Positions 35,571 to 49,500 of a stretch of DNA of 64,000 nt are shown here, in pieces. The stretch is from Marsupella aquatica. Taxonomy: Eukaryota; Plantae; Marchantiophyta. The stretch's first letter is position 1. Each line of letters starts with the position of its first letter. The stretch lies in contig OZ316898.1 of assembly GCA_973895155.1 (NCBI GenBank), positions 16,101,320-16,165,319 on the forward strand, in the 5' to 3' direction. The translations under genes and the position numbers were made by a program. Below the pieces are notes generated by a model. It did no database searches. It was not told where the DNA came from and worked only from the letters and a program-made list of their open reading frames with translations.

Positions 35571-38500
35571 GTAATGGTAATGGTAATGGTAATGTATTAT
35601 AAGCTCCGGGACCATGAAAGTCAAAGGAGCTGCCACAAAAAGTAAAGTACAATGCAATCAAATAAAAGAGCAACCAAAAGAGATTGTTCAGAAGAGGACA
35701 ACTATGTCCTCAAAGAAACTATGGACCTAGAGAGCCCTGAAAGATTTTCCAAACCTATTCTCCTTTCCCTATCCACCGCAAAGATATATCTTCCAAGTTG
35801 CTGAGGGGGCAGACCAAACAATGCATACAAATCTTTCACCAAGATTTGAGATGCCATCCTAACCCCCTCATAAAACTTGCAAGCAATGAATACATGATAT
35901 TCATTCTCTATACTAGAGCTATCACATAGTTGACAAACCCTCTTTTTCCTGTCAATATCCTTCCATCTCCCTTGTTCTACTTCAAGGTGGTGTGAGCTTA
36001 GTCTATACTGAGCAATAAGTTGTCTAAGTTGTACTGAGATAGTGCTAGATAAGTATTCTTGTTCTCGATATTTCTTCATGGGGTTCACATCTCTCATGTA
36101 GTATTGTTGCCGTGGGCTAGGTTCATGCCAAAGTTTGTGCAAAGCCTTTTGCTCAAGTTTTGCTCTTAGCTTGGTTGGGTGTGTTGGCCATTCATGTTCA
36201 GGAAAATCCCAAGCATGGGCCCACCTGCACACATCTGCATACCACCCTTTAGCTAAAGATGAGCGCAAGGCATGAAAAGGAAATCTGTTTTCCTCCAACT
36301 CTCTTACACGCATGATGTATTTGAGTGTGTGGAAGAGTGCCTCCACCTCCAAAGGAAACAAGCCTGCCTGTGCAAGTGTAAGTGCATATGGGGTTTGTGA
36401 CTTGATCCCAAGCTCCATCTCAAGAAATAGCTTTTGCAGCCCCTCAATCTGTTGCCACCCAAATTTAGACACACCTGCTCCCCAAATTGGTGCTCCATAA
36501 AGAATGACTGGTTTCACCAAAGCTCCAAAGAGATGTTTCCTTAACCTCCAAGTGTGTAGACCAGCTCTTTTGCATTTGTTCATGAATGCATAAAAAGCTC
36601 TGTACCCATTGGCAGCCCTAGATTTTGCACATGAGGCCCAACTCAAGTTTTGAGAGAACTCCACCCCAAGGTATTTGTAGGTCCTCACAAATTCCACCAG
36701 ATTCCCTTGGAAGTAGAGCTCTGGATTTTGTCGTGTGCCAATGCCCAAACACTTGGTCTTCTTGAGGTTGACTACCATCCCTGTTGCTTGACAAAACTCC
36801 TCCAAGGCATTGAGATGTCTTTGCAAAGCTTCTTGAGCATGAGCAAGTAGGACCACATCATCTGCAAATATAAGAAGTTGGAGGACAAACCTACCCAATT
36901 GAGTGCCAACTCCACCATGCTCCTCCAAAATGTTGTGTAGCTGATCAATGAAGATGCCAAATAGAGTTGGTGAGAGAGGACAACCTTGGATCACCCCAAG
37001 AGTGCTCCAGATTTCTTCAGAGGTTTCCTTTGAAAGTTTGATGCGCACTTCTTGGTACAATTTAGAAACAGCCAACCTGAGCTCTTCAGGCACTTCCAAC
37101 TCCACCATCCTATCCCAAAGCTTGGATCGGGAAACTTTGTCAAAGGCCTTGGAGAAGTCCACAAACAAGCAAAATAATGGTTTATGTGGAGATTTGGCCT
37201 TTTCACACAACACCCTCAAGCAAAGAATGTGATCCATAGTGCTGAATTCTCTCCTAAAACCTGCTTGTGAAGGTGCCCTTTTCATCTCACTCTCCAACCA
37301 AGAGCTTAATCTGGCTTCAAGTAGTCCTCCCAAAACTTTAGCAAAAGTATTGCCTACCATGATGGTTCTGTAGTTGTGCACATCGTCCTTGTTGCCTGCC
37401 TTGAAGATAGGCACCACTCTTCTGGTCATCCAAGCTTTAGGTAAACCTAAAGCCATTGCTTGATTCAGCTCATGCACCAAGTTTGTTAATAAAGAGGGTC
37501 CTCCCCACAAAAGAAGCTCCAAGTTCAGGCCCAACAGATCTTTAGCTTTCCCATGTTGCATGTGGGAAAGATGCACCTTCACCTCCCTCTCTGTAAACTG
37601 AATGGTGTCCCCAAGGGGCAAAGGCATGCCACTAGCATCTGGAAAGAAATACAAGGATGTGACATAGGTTACCAGGTCCTGGTGATCCAAGGGGGGAGTA
37701 GTCTTGCCTGATTGCATTCTCTCCCAAAAACGTTTTGGATGTTTGACGAACTCCTCACATAGTGATTGTTGATGACTCTTCAAGAAGCACCTCTTCTTGT
37801 GTTTGATGAAGTTCTTGTACATAGTGAATGCCAAAAGTCTCTTTTCCCCTTAATGTGATCTTGCTTGCATCCTTGCTCTAGCACAATCCTCGTCAAACCA
37901 AGCCTTCATGTTTTGCTTTCTAGGGGGTTTGGTGGAGAAAGTAGAGGGTGCTGCTTGTACTATGACTTCTGAGAGCTCAATCTGATCATCCAGGGTATGG
38001 AGAAGATGTTCAAAGTTGGCTTTGAAGATGACTTCTCTATCAGGGTCTAGAAACAGAGGTTTGGGTACTGGCTTTCTATGCACTTTGTTTGGGATTGTGG
38101 TCAGGTCAAGATGGAACAACAAAGGCAAGTGTGAAGACTCTGGTTGTTGATCAAGTATTTGAAAGTCAACCACTCTAGTGGCAGAGGTAGGTGAGGCAAG
38201 AAGGTAATCAATGGTACTACATCCTTGTTTAGATCTAAAAGTGTAACCAGATGATTGGGGAAATCTTTCAAGCCCATTCAATATTCTTAGATTACAAGAA
38301 GCTCCCAAATGCAAAAAGTGACGTGTCATGTCATTTGTTCTGGTGTCAAGAGCCTCTCTCACCCAAGGTATCTCTTCACTACATGATGACCAAGGTAAAG
38401 TTCCTAAGTCCTCACTTTCAGTAAATTGTTCATTAGATACCCTGGCATTAAAGTCCCCCACTATCCATGTCTCCCCTAGTGGTGATATATCATGAATGAC

Positions 38501-40537
38501 TTGGATTAACCTATGAAATGGATAATGTGCATCAGCAATTCCCATCTTATAGATATTCATATTAAGGGGAGCAAAGTAGGTGACAATCAGAAATGATGGA
38601 GTACCTCTGGTATGAAGTCTCACCACCATGAACTGCTTGCTGGGATCTTCATGTTCAATAGAGGTGATGTGTTGAAGTTGATTCTTGGTGTAGATAGCAA
38701 TGCCTCCAAACCCTCTTCCCCGTGTGGTCTTCTTCTCATTGAAGATGGATTGTATGCAAGTAAAGCCTTTAATGCTAGGTAGAGCATTTCCCTCATATTC
38801 CCAAGTCTCCGTGAAAAGCAAGATGTCAAAATTCTCAAACAAAGGTTCCCCTCCAATTGCTGTTTCTATGGAAAGTCCTGAAACATTCCATGCCATGACT
38901 CTCAAGGTCCCAATCCATCATTTAGAAACAACTCTCTTCTTATTGGTAACAACAGCTTGTCCATTACCATTACCATTGCGCAAGTAGGCTACCAATCCTT
39001 GGTCTTTGGCTACCCTCACCTTCTCAAGCTCAATTTTCCTTGCTTGGACTTGTGTGGGAGTCAGATCATCATCCAACCAAATCCTTAGCCCTTTAAGCAT
39101 GCTCCTGTTAGCCATCACTCTAGCTTTCTCGGATTCAGCTGCAAACTTCACCAAGATTGGACGTGGAAGGTCCCCCTTCTTTTGCCCAATCCTATATGCT
39201 TGCAAAATGATAGGGTCATGCACTTTCATCTGAGATTGGAAGAATGAAATTGCTACCTTCTTGGTGTCTTCCTTCTCCTCCTCAACAAGGTCTGATATTT
39301 TGCAGTTGCTGACTCTTGCATGCTGGTTCTTGTGTTCTTCCTCTAGTGCTCTCCTCTCCTCCTCCTTGGCTTGGACAAATTCCATATGTGATTGTTTTGC
39401 AGCCTGTGCAAAGGTTTTGAGCTTCTCCTCAATCTCCCCTACAGCCTCATGTATCACTGATTTCTCTAGGCACATACTCTTCTCCATGTCTCCAAAACAC
39501 GATGCAAGCAATGAGAGTTGCTTACCATTCTCCTGAGTTTGAGATCGAAGATCACTAATCAACCTCTTTTGCTTGACATTCTCATTCTTTAGCTCCGTCA
39601 CCTCCTTGCTGAGCGTGGTAATCTCAATTGCGGAGTTTTCAGCCACAACTAAGATTTTCTCAAGCAAAGCCTTGAGATGGGCAATCTCCTCCGTTGCCAT
39701 CACAAAGCTGAAACTGTTGTTAGAATGTACTCTTAGACGACAAATAGAAATTGGGAGCAATAGAGGATGTCAGTTGCAGCTCTACCTTTGCCAGTGATAC
39801 ACTCTCGCTGTTTGCAACACTCTGCCAAAATCTGAGCTCAAACCGCAGCCGATTGCCCTTCCAACTCGAAATGAAATTTCGCCCCAAGCTCAGAATCCCG
39901 AAACTGGACACGTAGCAGATCGTGCATGCTAAAGTGCATACTAAACGATGTCGGTTGCAGCTCTAACTTTGCCAGTGATACATTCTCGCTGTTTCCAATG
40001 CTCTGGCAAAGTCTGAGCTTAAACTGTAGCCAATTTCCCTTCCAACTCGAAGTGAAATTTTGCCCCAAGCTCAGAATTGCGAAACTGGAGACGTAACAGA
40101 TCGTGCATGCTAAAGTGCATATCAAACGATTCGATTGCAGCTCTAACTTTGCCAGTGATACATTCTTGCTGTTTCCAATGCTCTGGCAAAATCTGAGCTC
40201 AAACCGCAGCCGATTGCCCTTCCAACTCGAAGTGAAATTTCACCCCGAGCTCAGAATCGCGAAACTAGAGACGTAGCAGATCGCGCATGCTAAAGTGCAT
40301 ACCAAACAATGTCGGTTGCAGCTCTAACTTTGCCAGTGATACATTCTCGCTGTTTCCAATGCTCTGGCAAAGTCTGAGCTTAAACTGCAGCCGATTGCCC
40401 TTCCAACTCGAAGTGAAATTTCGTCCCAAGCTCAGAATCGCGAAACTGGAGACATAGCAGATCGCGCATGCTAAAGTGCATACCAAACGATGTCGGTTAC
40501 AGCTCTAACTTTGTCAGTGATACATTCTCGCTGTTTC
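35571..40537 (-). mobile_element. LINE copy L5, near full length; ORF2 broken by TCA>TAA at 37850-37852
   Basis: Tail at 35571-35594; ORF2 35702-38905 in two pieces; ORF1 38918-~39700; 181-bp monomers at ~39770-40537; possible TSD cta. Confidence 0.95.
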
Positions 40538-43250
40538 AATCTCTAGAAAGGAAATCAATTACATGCTAGAAATATGGCAAGACTAGACATATGAAGAGAG
40601 ATTGTCGAGTCAAGTAGACTCATCAACCATCAGCAAATGTAACCACTGATGTACGTTGATGTGATCAATTTACTCAATGATGATATTTATGATGCCAAGG
40701 TTTTGCTCTCAACGTAGTGTCACATCCAGGTGATGATGATTGGATACTAGATAGTGCATGTACCTTTCACATTTGCTCTAGGAGAGATCTTTTTTGTTCT
40801 TACACGATTTCCAACGGTTCAGTGTTGATGGGAAATGGAATCCCATGTCAAGTAGTTGGACTTGGATCTGTGAGATTTTAGATGTTTGATGGTGTTGTGA
40901 GGACATTGAGAAATGTGAGACATATTCTCAGCATGATGAAAAATCTCATTTCACTTGGAGTGTTATAAGCAAATGGCCATTGGTGAAGTTTTGCTAATGG
41001 TGTCCTTCAAGTTTCAACTAGTACTAAAGTTCTGTTAAAGGGAAAGAGACATAAAAATCTATCTGTTGTGGAGGGCAATGTAGTCTGTGATGAAGCCAAT
41101 GTAACCTTATCTCGTGAGAAGAAAGCCCGGTTGTGGCACTTCAGATTGGGTCACATGAGTGAAAAATGTTTGGCTGTTCTTTAGAAAAAAAGATTACTTT
41201 CTAATTTACAATCTTGTAAATTAGATTTGTATGAGCATTGTGTGCTTGGAAAGCAACATAGTAAATCCTTCGAAGTTGGAACTCACACCAGCAAGGAGGT
41301 ACTTGAGTATGTACATAGTGATGTGTGGTGACTCGCCCCTACTCCCTCACATTCTGGAAGAGTTTATTATGTCATGTTCATTGACAATTACTCAAGGTAT
41401 GTGTGGATATACTTTCTACACAATAAATCTGATTGTTTTGTCACTTTTAAGGAGTGGAAAGCCCAAGTTACGTATTGAACTAGTAACAAGGTGAGATATT
41501 TTTGATCGAATAACGGCGGTGAATACGGTTTTGGTGAATTTGGAACGGATTGTAAAGAGCAGGGGATTACATGCCATCTCACAACAAGTTATACTCCTCA
41601 GCAAAATGGTGTTTTTGATAGGCTCAACCGAACACCATTGGAGCGCTCGAGGAGTATGTTGAGCCAATCATGCTTACCACATGAATTTTGGGCAAAAATT
41701 GTCAACACTACAACTTATTTGGTAAATTTCTCTCCATCTAGTGCAATTGGATTCAAGATGCCATTTGAAATGAGGTACGGGCGTCAAACAAATTAATCAC
41801 ATCTGAGGATTTTTGGATGTCATGCTATGTGCTTACACCTTTCTAGCTTTGTTCTAAGTTGGAGTCTAGGCCGAGGAAGTGCATTTTCCTTGGATATCAG
41901 AAAGGTGTACAAGGTTATAGGTTATGAGATCCAGTAACCTCTAAGTTAATTATCAGTAGAGATGTTTCCTTTAATGAATCCTAATCATCAAAGGAGGTGA
42001 ATAGTTCTTAGGGCTCCCATACTGACAAGGGAAAATCTCCTATCCCGGACCCGGTTGGGGGGAGATAAGTCACGATGATGTTCATGACAAGAGGAAAGAG
42101 ATGCTATGGAGCTAGTTCCTATAATGGAACAAGAGGAGCCAACAACAACAGAAGATTAGCTTGAATCATCTACTAGAAGAATATCCAATTGTTCTACTAG
42201 AGCTCCTACGAAGTATGGACAATGGACAGATTCATCAAGGCTAGACGATGCTGACATTGCACATGATGATGATGATAGGGCACTGATCTTGGAAGAAAGA
42301 GAACTTTCTTCATAGCATGATGCGTACATTTCAGACAAGAAAGATGAATGGAATGCAACAATGCAGAGAGAATTGTAATCTTTAAGTGACAATAAAACAT
42401 GGGAGCTGGTGCAACTGCCAAATAATCAACAAGTGGTGGACAGCAAGTGGATTTACAAGCTGAAGGACAACTCTTTAGATAGAGGAGGCAAGATATACAA
42501 GGCAAGGCTTGTTGCTAAGGGATTCACTCAGGAGAAGGGAGTGGATTATAATGAGGTTTTCTCACCAGTTGCCAAGTATTCCATGATACAAATTTTGTGT
42601 CAACTTGTTGTATTTTTTTATTTGGTTTTAGATCAAATGGATGTTGATACTGCTTTTCTCTATGGCACCTTGGAGGAACAAATTTTCAAGAGGCAACCAC
42701 TGGGCTTTGGGAAGAAGGGCCAAGAGAGTTTAGTTTGCAAATTGCTTAAGTCCCTATATGGATTGAAGCAAGCTCCTTGGCAATGGACCAAGCAATTTCA
42801 TGATTTCATGTTTGCACAAGGATTCAATGGGATGGTGTATCATGACCCTTGTGTGTATACAAAATCAGTCAAGAATGGTGTGTTTGGTTGTCTGGAAATA
42901 AGGAGGTCAACGACTGGGTATGTGTTTACTCTTGGAGGAGGATGCATAAGTTAAAGATCTACCTTGTAGAAGTGTGTATCTCAGTCTATTACAGAAGCAG
43001 AATATGTTGTAGCAGCAAAAATAGCAAATGAAGCAATTTGGTTGGACAAGTTGGTCATTGAGATGGGATTGGAGCATGGAAAAATGACTCTTCATTGTGA
43101 CAGCCAGAGTGTGCTTCACCTAGCTATTAACCAGGTTATGGATAACAGGGCAAAACACATTGACATCAAGTACCATTTTATTAGGCAAGCAGTGTCTGAA
43201 AAAATATTTGAGCTAGTCAAGATTGATGGAAAGCTCAACCCGGCTGATGC
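40538..43250 (+). mobile_element. Ty1/Copia internal region, heavily decayed
   Basis: Degenerate zinc knuckle, WILDSACTFH (protease), LWHFRLGH, YVHSDVW and PQQNG (integrase), YKARLVAKGFTQ...LKSLYGLKQAP (RT, internally deleted near 42890), RAKHIDIKYHFIR (RNase H); many stops. Confidence 0.92.
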
Positions 43251-45795
43251 CACTAGAAGAATCCGAGGTGAACTGAGACCGCAATATGTGACTCATTTTG
43301 GCTCATGTGACTTCATTGTGACTCAACGTGACTTGACCCACGCTGTGACCCTTGGAGTTGCAAAAGTTGAGACCAAAAAATGGAAGTCACTATTGATACT
43401 AGGCTTTGCAACTCGCTTGATACCCATTTGTGACTGATCTGTGACTTTATTGTGGAGTCTAGCCTTGTTTCGACGTGACTACAATATGACTTCAGCGAGT
43501 CACATCGTAAGTCACAAACATGACTTACCCGCATTCAACAACGACTAGCATGTGACTATTTAGTGTCACAGGAGAGACCAATGGAGACCCTGGCCCGCGT
43601 CACACAACAGAATCATTTGGGACTCTATATACTCATGTTTATAACTAATAAGGTTCACATGCAAGTTATAACCATGACTAATGAACACAGAGGGACAGTT
43701 CATAAGGAGAGAGAGCACTCGACATTACAATACATAGAAACCTGATGTTCTAACTTTAGAAATATAACACATTGAATACAAGAAATGAACATAGCATGAA
43801 TGACATCCACATGAAACAAAGCATCATATAAGCACATCCTACATAAAACATTCATAAGAATTAAACACAATCACAATCTTGCTAAAAAATGAAGATCATT
43901 TGAATTCCAATGGAATAGTTTACAATGTGATCAATGTAATTCAAACAAAATAAGAACTCATAATTGATGACTGTAGGATGAGATAACTGAAAGCACATGC
44001 ATGATACTATGAATCTCCAAGAGGACATGATTCTTGTACTGCTTCTTGACATCTAAAATCTACATAACATGACTCACACTACAAACAAATAATGGCATGA
44101 CATTGTTATGAATCCTCTATGAACTTGCTTGGCCATAATACCAAAGAACCTGCAGCATCTCCAAGTGTCTTTTGAGGAGGATCATCATTTGTGTTTGGAA
44201 TGGGAAGGACAACTTTAGGTTTCACTAATAATGTGACTAACACTACTGAATAATAACCTGGGGGAATCCTCTTGCCATGGAACGTTGTGGAACCAACCTG
44301 CACTCTGCCAAATCCTACTCGTGTTCCACTCTCATCAACAGCTAACAAGCCACTTTGTCCCTCAGCATTAGGTGCTTTCCCCACTTCCACCTTAGATCTT
44401 TCTGCCAGCACCGTTCTTGGAGGTTTGTATGAAACCTTTGACGTGGCTCTGCTCTCACCAGCAGACTTGCTTCGTGTGCGCATGCTTTCTCTCTTCACAG
44501 CAGTGAAGCTAGGCTCAGTAGGTTCCTCTGTTAGGACTGTCACAGTAGCAGGTTCATCACCTGGGAGTGTCATACCAACTAACTCTTTGGTTGGATTTAT
44601 CTCAACAAGAGGCACACCTGTCATTGAGAATGATACATTCTGCAAATCATTTATCTCTGCAATGGAGTCAAGATCGACATAGCATGAATCTGGCTCAATG
44701 GTATCATTGTCATGCTTGCTGATATCCTCATTTGCCCCAACATTGATATCATCCACTCCCTTGCCAATGTCATCCTCATCCAAACATGGTTGACTGCCCT
44801 CTGTCAAACAAGTTGCTTGTACAGACCGCAACTAGTTGCCTCTAAATTACAGCGAGTATATGCCAGGTTCTCATACTTCTTCTCTGTAGCACCTGTCTTA
44901 TTCTCTATGGACACAACAACCACAATATATGTTACTGAAAATAACACATTCAACAAACAATGTCAATTCAAACTATACATTTAATAATCATAGCCCACAT
45001 AGTTGTAAAGGCCTTACCTTCAAGCCTACATGTCGTTGGCATGCCAGAAGAGTGCATCGACTTTGCCACCTCAAGTGGTGATGGTGGAACTCCTGCAGAA
45101 TTGGAATCAATTTTATCTCTCATCGACACAACAGCTTCCATTAATTTCTTGAAGTTCACATGGAACAAGTCAGTCAATGAATTCAAACGTTCATTGATCT
45201 CTGGAAGACATGTTTCGACAGCCTTCAAACGACCACTTATCTCTGTAAGTGAAGATCCACCTCCCTACATGACACAGGGGTATAGGTTCAATCACTCCAT
45301 ATGAAATGTTGGGCAATATATGCACAATCAATGTTATATACAGTGTACACCTGAAATTCAACGCAGGTCATTCAATTACCAATCAGAACTCATATAACTT
45401 ACATGCTTGGAGGATTCAGATGCACCCTCTTGAGCCCGGGTGTTCACAATTTCAGCCCTCAACTCTTCTTTTGAAGGGCTTTGCCCCAATTGGGCTTTCT
45501 GCACATGCATGGTAAACACAAGTTATCGATCAATATTCAGGGAACGTACACTAAAAAACAAAGTTTACATGTATGGGTTTACACTAAAAAACAGTACATA
45601 GTGTAGCATAAATTACATAGCTAGGCCATTCGAGTTGGAAGGGCAATCGGCTGCGGTTTGAGCTCAGATTTTGGCAGAGTGTTGCAAACAGCGAGAGTGT
45701 ATCACTGGCAAAGGTAGAGCTGCAACTGACATCCTCTACTGCTCCCAATTTCTATTTGTCGTCTAAGAGTACATTCTAACAACAGTTTCAGCTTT

Positions 45796-46569
45796 GTGAT
45801 GGCAACGGAGGAGATTGCCCATCTCAAGGCTTTGCTTGAGAAAATCTTAGTTGTGGCTGAAAACTCCGCAATTGAGATTACCACGCTCAGCAAGGAGGTG
45901 ACGGAGCTAAAGAATGAGAATGTCAAGCAAAAGAGGTTGATTAGTGATCTTCGATCTCAAACTCAGGAGAATGGTAAGCAACTCTCATTGCTTGCATCGT
46001 GTTTTGGAGACATGGAGAAGAGTATGTGCCCTGAGAAATCAGTGATACATGAGGCTGTAGGGGAGATTGAGGAGAAGCTCAAAACCTTTGCACAGGCTGC
46101 AAAACAATCACATATGGAATTTGTCCAAGCCAAGGAGGAGGAGAGGAGAGCACTAGAAGAAGAACACAAGAACCAGCATGCAAGAGTCAGCAACTGCAAA
46201 ATATCAGGCCTTGTTGAGGAGGAGAAGGAAGACACCAAGAAGGTAGCAATTTCATTCTTCCAATCTCAGATGAAAGTGCATGACCCTATCATTTTGCAAG
46301 CATATAGGATTGGGCAAAAGAAGGGGGACCTTCCACGTCCAATCTTGGTGAAGTTTGCAGCTGAATCCGAGAAAGCTAGAGTGATGGCTAACAGGAGCAT
46401 GCTTAAAGGGCTAAGGATTTGGTTGGATGATGATCTGACTCCCACACAAGTCCAAGCAAGGAAAATTGAGCTTGAGAAGGTGAGGGTAGCCAAAGACCAA
46501 GGATTGGTAGCCTACTTGCGCAATGGACAAGCTGTTGTTACCAATAAGAAGAGAGTTGTTTCTAAATGA
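45796..46569 (+). CDS. LINE ORF1
   Basis: Protein identical to that of 27097-27870. Confidence 0.9.
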   Translation: MMATEEIAHLKALLEKILVVAENSAIEITTLSKEVTELKNENVKQKRLISDLRSQTQENGKQLSLLASCFGDMEKSMCPEKSVIHEAVGEIEEKLKTFAQAAKQSHMEFVQAKEEERRALEEEHKNQHARVSNCKISGLVEEEKEDTKKVAISFFQSQMKVHDPIILQAYRIGQKKGDLPRPILVKFAAESEKARVMANRSMLKGLRIWLDDDLTPTQVQARKIELEKVRVAKDQGLVAYLRNGQAVVTNKKRVVSK

Positions 46570-46581
46570 TGGATTGGGACC

Positions 46582-49500
46582 TTGAGAGTCATGGCATGGA
46601 ATGTTTCAGGACTTTCCATAGAAACAACAATTGGAGGGGAACCTTTGTTTGAGAATTTTGACATCTTGCTTTTCATGGAGACTTGGGAATATGAGGGAAA
46701 TGCTCTACCTAGCATTAAAGGCTTTACTTGCATACAATCCATCTTCAATGAGAAGAAGACCACACGGGGAAGAGGGTTTGGAGGCATTGCTGTCTACACC
46801 AAGAATCAACTTCAACACATCACCTCTATTGAACATGAAGATCCCAGCAAGCAGTTCATGGTGGTGAGACTTCATACCAGAGGTACTCCATCATTTCTGA
46901 TTGTCACCTACTTTGCTCCCCTTAATATGAATGTCTATAAGATGGGAATTGCTGATGCACATTATCCATTTCATAGGTTAATCCAAGTCATTCATGATAT
47001 ATCACCACTAGGGGAGACATGGATAGTGGGGGACTTTAATGCCAGGGTATCTAATGAACAATTTACTGAAAGTGAGGACTTAGGAACTTTACCTTGGTCA
47101 TCATGTAGTGAAGAGATACCTTGGGTGAGAGAGGCTCTTGACACCAGAACAAATGACATGACACGTCACTTTTTGCATTTGGGAGCTTCTTGTAATCTAA
47201 GAATATTGAATGGGCTTGAGAGATTTCCCCAATCATCTGGTTACACTTTTAGATCTAAACAAGGATGTAGTACCATTGATTACCTTCTTGCCTCACCTAC
47301 CTCTGCCACTAGAGTGGTTGACTTTCAAATACTTGATCAACAACCAGAGTCTTCACACTTGCCTTTGTTGTTCCATCTTGACCTGACCACAATCCCAAAC
47401 AAAGTGCATAGAAAGCCAGTACCCAAACCTCTGTTTCTAGACCCTGATAGAGAAGTCATCTTCAAAGCCAACTTTGAACATCTTCTCCATACCCTGGATG
47501 ATCAGATTGAGCTCTCAGAAGTCATAGCACAAGCAGCAGCCTCTACTTTCTCCACCAAACCCCCTAGAAAGCAAAACATGAAGGCTTGGTTTGACGAGGA
47601 TTGTGCTAGAGCAAGGATGCAAGCAAGATCACATTCAAGGGAAAAGAGACTTTTGGCATTCACTATGTACAAGAACTTCATCAAACACAAGAAGAGGTGC
47701 TTCTTGAAGAGTCATCAACAATCACTATGTGAGGAGTTCATCAAACATCCAAAACATTTTTGGGAGAGAATGCAATCAGGCAAGACTACTCCCCCCTTGG
47801 ATCACCAGGACCTGGTAACCTATGTCACATCCTTGTATTTCTTTCCAGATGCTAGTGGCATGCCTTTGCCCCTTGGGGACACCATTCAGTTTACAGAGAG
47901 GGAGGTGAAGGTGCATCTTTCCCACATGCAACATGGGAAAGCTAAAGATCTGTTGGGCCTGAACTTGGAGCTTCTTTTGTGGGGAGGACCCTCTTTACTA
48001 ACAAACTTGGTGCATGAGCTGAATCAAGCAATGGCTTTAGGTTTACCTAAAGCTTGGATGACCAGAAGAGTGGTGCCTATCTTCAAGGCAGGCAACAAGG
48101 ACGATGTGCACAACTACAGAACCATCATGGTAGGCAATACTTTTGCTAAAGTTTTGGGAGGACTACTTGAAGCCAGATTAAGCTCTTGGTTGGAGAGTGA
48201 GATGAAAAGGGCACCTTCACAAGCAGGTTTTAGGAGAGAATTCAGCACTATGGATCACATTCTCTGCTTGAGGGTGTTGTGTGAAAAGGCCAAATCTCCA
48301 CATAAACCATTATTTTGCTTGTTTGTGGACTTCTCCAAGGCCTTTGACAAAGTTTCCCGATCCAAGCTTTGGGATAGGATGGTGGAGTTGGAAGTGCCTG
48401 AAGAGCTCAGGTTGGCTGTTTCTAAATTGTACCAAGAAGTGCGCATCAAACTTTCAAAGGAAACCTCTGAAGAAATCTGGAGCACTCTTGGGGTGATCCA
48501 AGGTTGTCCTCTCTCACCAACTCTCTTTGGCATCTTCATTGATCAGCTACACAACATTTTGGAGGAGCATGGCGGAGTTGGCACTCAATTGGGTAGGTTT
48601 GTCCTCCAACTTCTTATATTTGCAGATGATGTGGTCCTACTTGCTCATGCTCAAGAAGCTTTGCAAAGACATCTCAATGCCTTGGAGGAGTTTTGTCAAG
48701 CAACAGGGATGGTAGTCAACCTCAAGAAGACCAAGTGTTTGGGCATTGGCACACGACAAAATCCAGAGCTCTACTTCCAAGGGAATCTGGTGGAATTTGT
48801 GAGGACCTACAAATACCTTGGGGTGGAGTTCTCTCAAAACTTGAGTTGGGCCTCATGTGTAAAATCTAGGGCTGCCAATGGGTACAGAGCTTTTTATGCA
48901 TTCATGAACAAATGCAAAAGAGCTGGTCTACACACTTGGAGGTTAAGGAAACATCTCTTTGGAGCTTTGGTGAAACCAGTCATTCTTTATGGAGCACCAA
49001 TTTGGGGAGCAGGTGTGTCTAAATCTGGGTGGCAACAGATTGAGGGGCTGCAAAAGCTATTTCTTGAGATGGAGCTTGGGATCAAGTCACAAACCCCATA
49101 TGCACTTACACTTGCAGAGGCAGGCTTGTTTCCTTTGGAGGTGGAGGCACTCTTCCACACACTCAAATACATCATGCGTGTAAGAGAGTTGGAGGAAAAC
49201 AGATTTCCTTTTCATGCCTTGCGCTCATCTTCAGCTAAAGGGTGGTATGCAGATGTGTGCAGGTGGGCCCATGCTTGGGATTTTCCTGAACATGAATGGC
49301 CAACACACCCAACCAAGCTAAGAGCAAAACTTGAGCAAAAGGCTTTGCACAAACTTTGGCATGAACCTAGCCCACGGCAGCAATACTACATGAGAGATGT
49401 GAACCCCATGAAGAAATATCGAGAACAAGAATACTTATCTAGCACTATCTCAGTACAACTTAGACAACTTATTGCTCAGTATAGACTAAGCTCACACCAC

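Noticed and set aside
35556-35572. ttcttcta..ctagt as the CACTA-B terminal inverted repeat
   Set aside because: Lacks the required TAGTG end and may instead be Copia gag sequence continuing at 40543; unresolved
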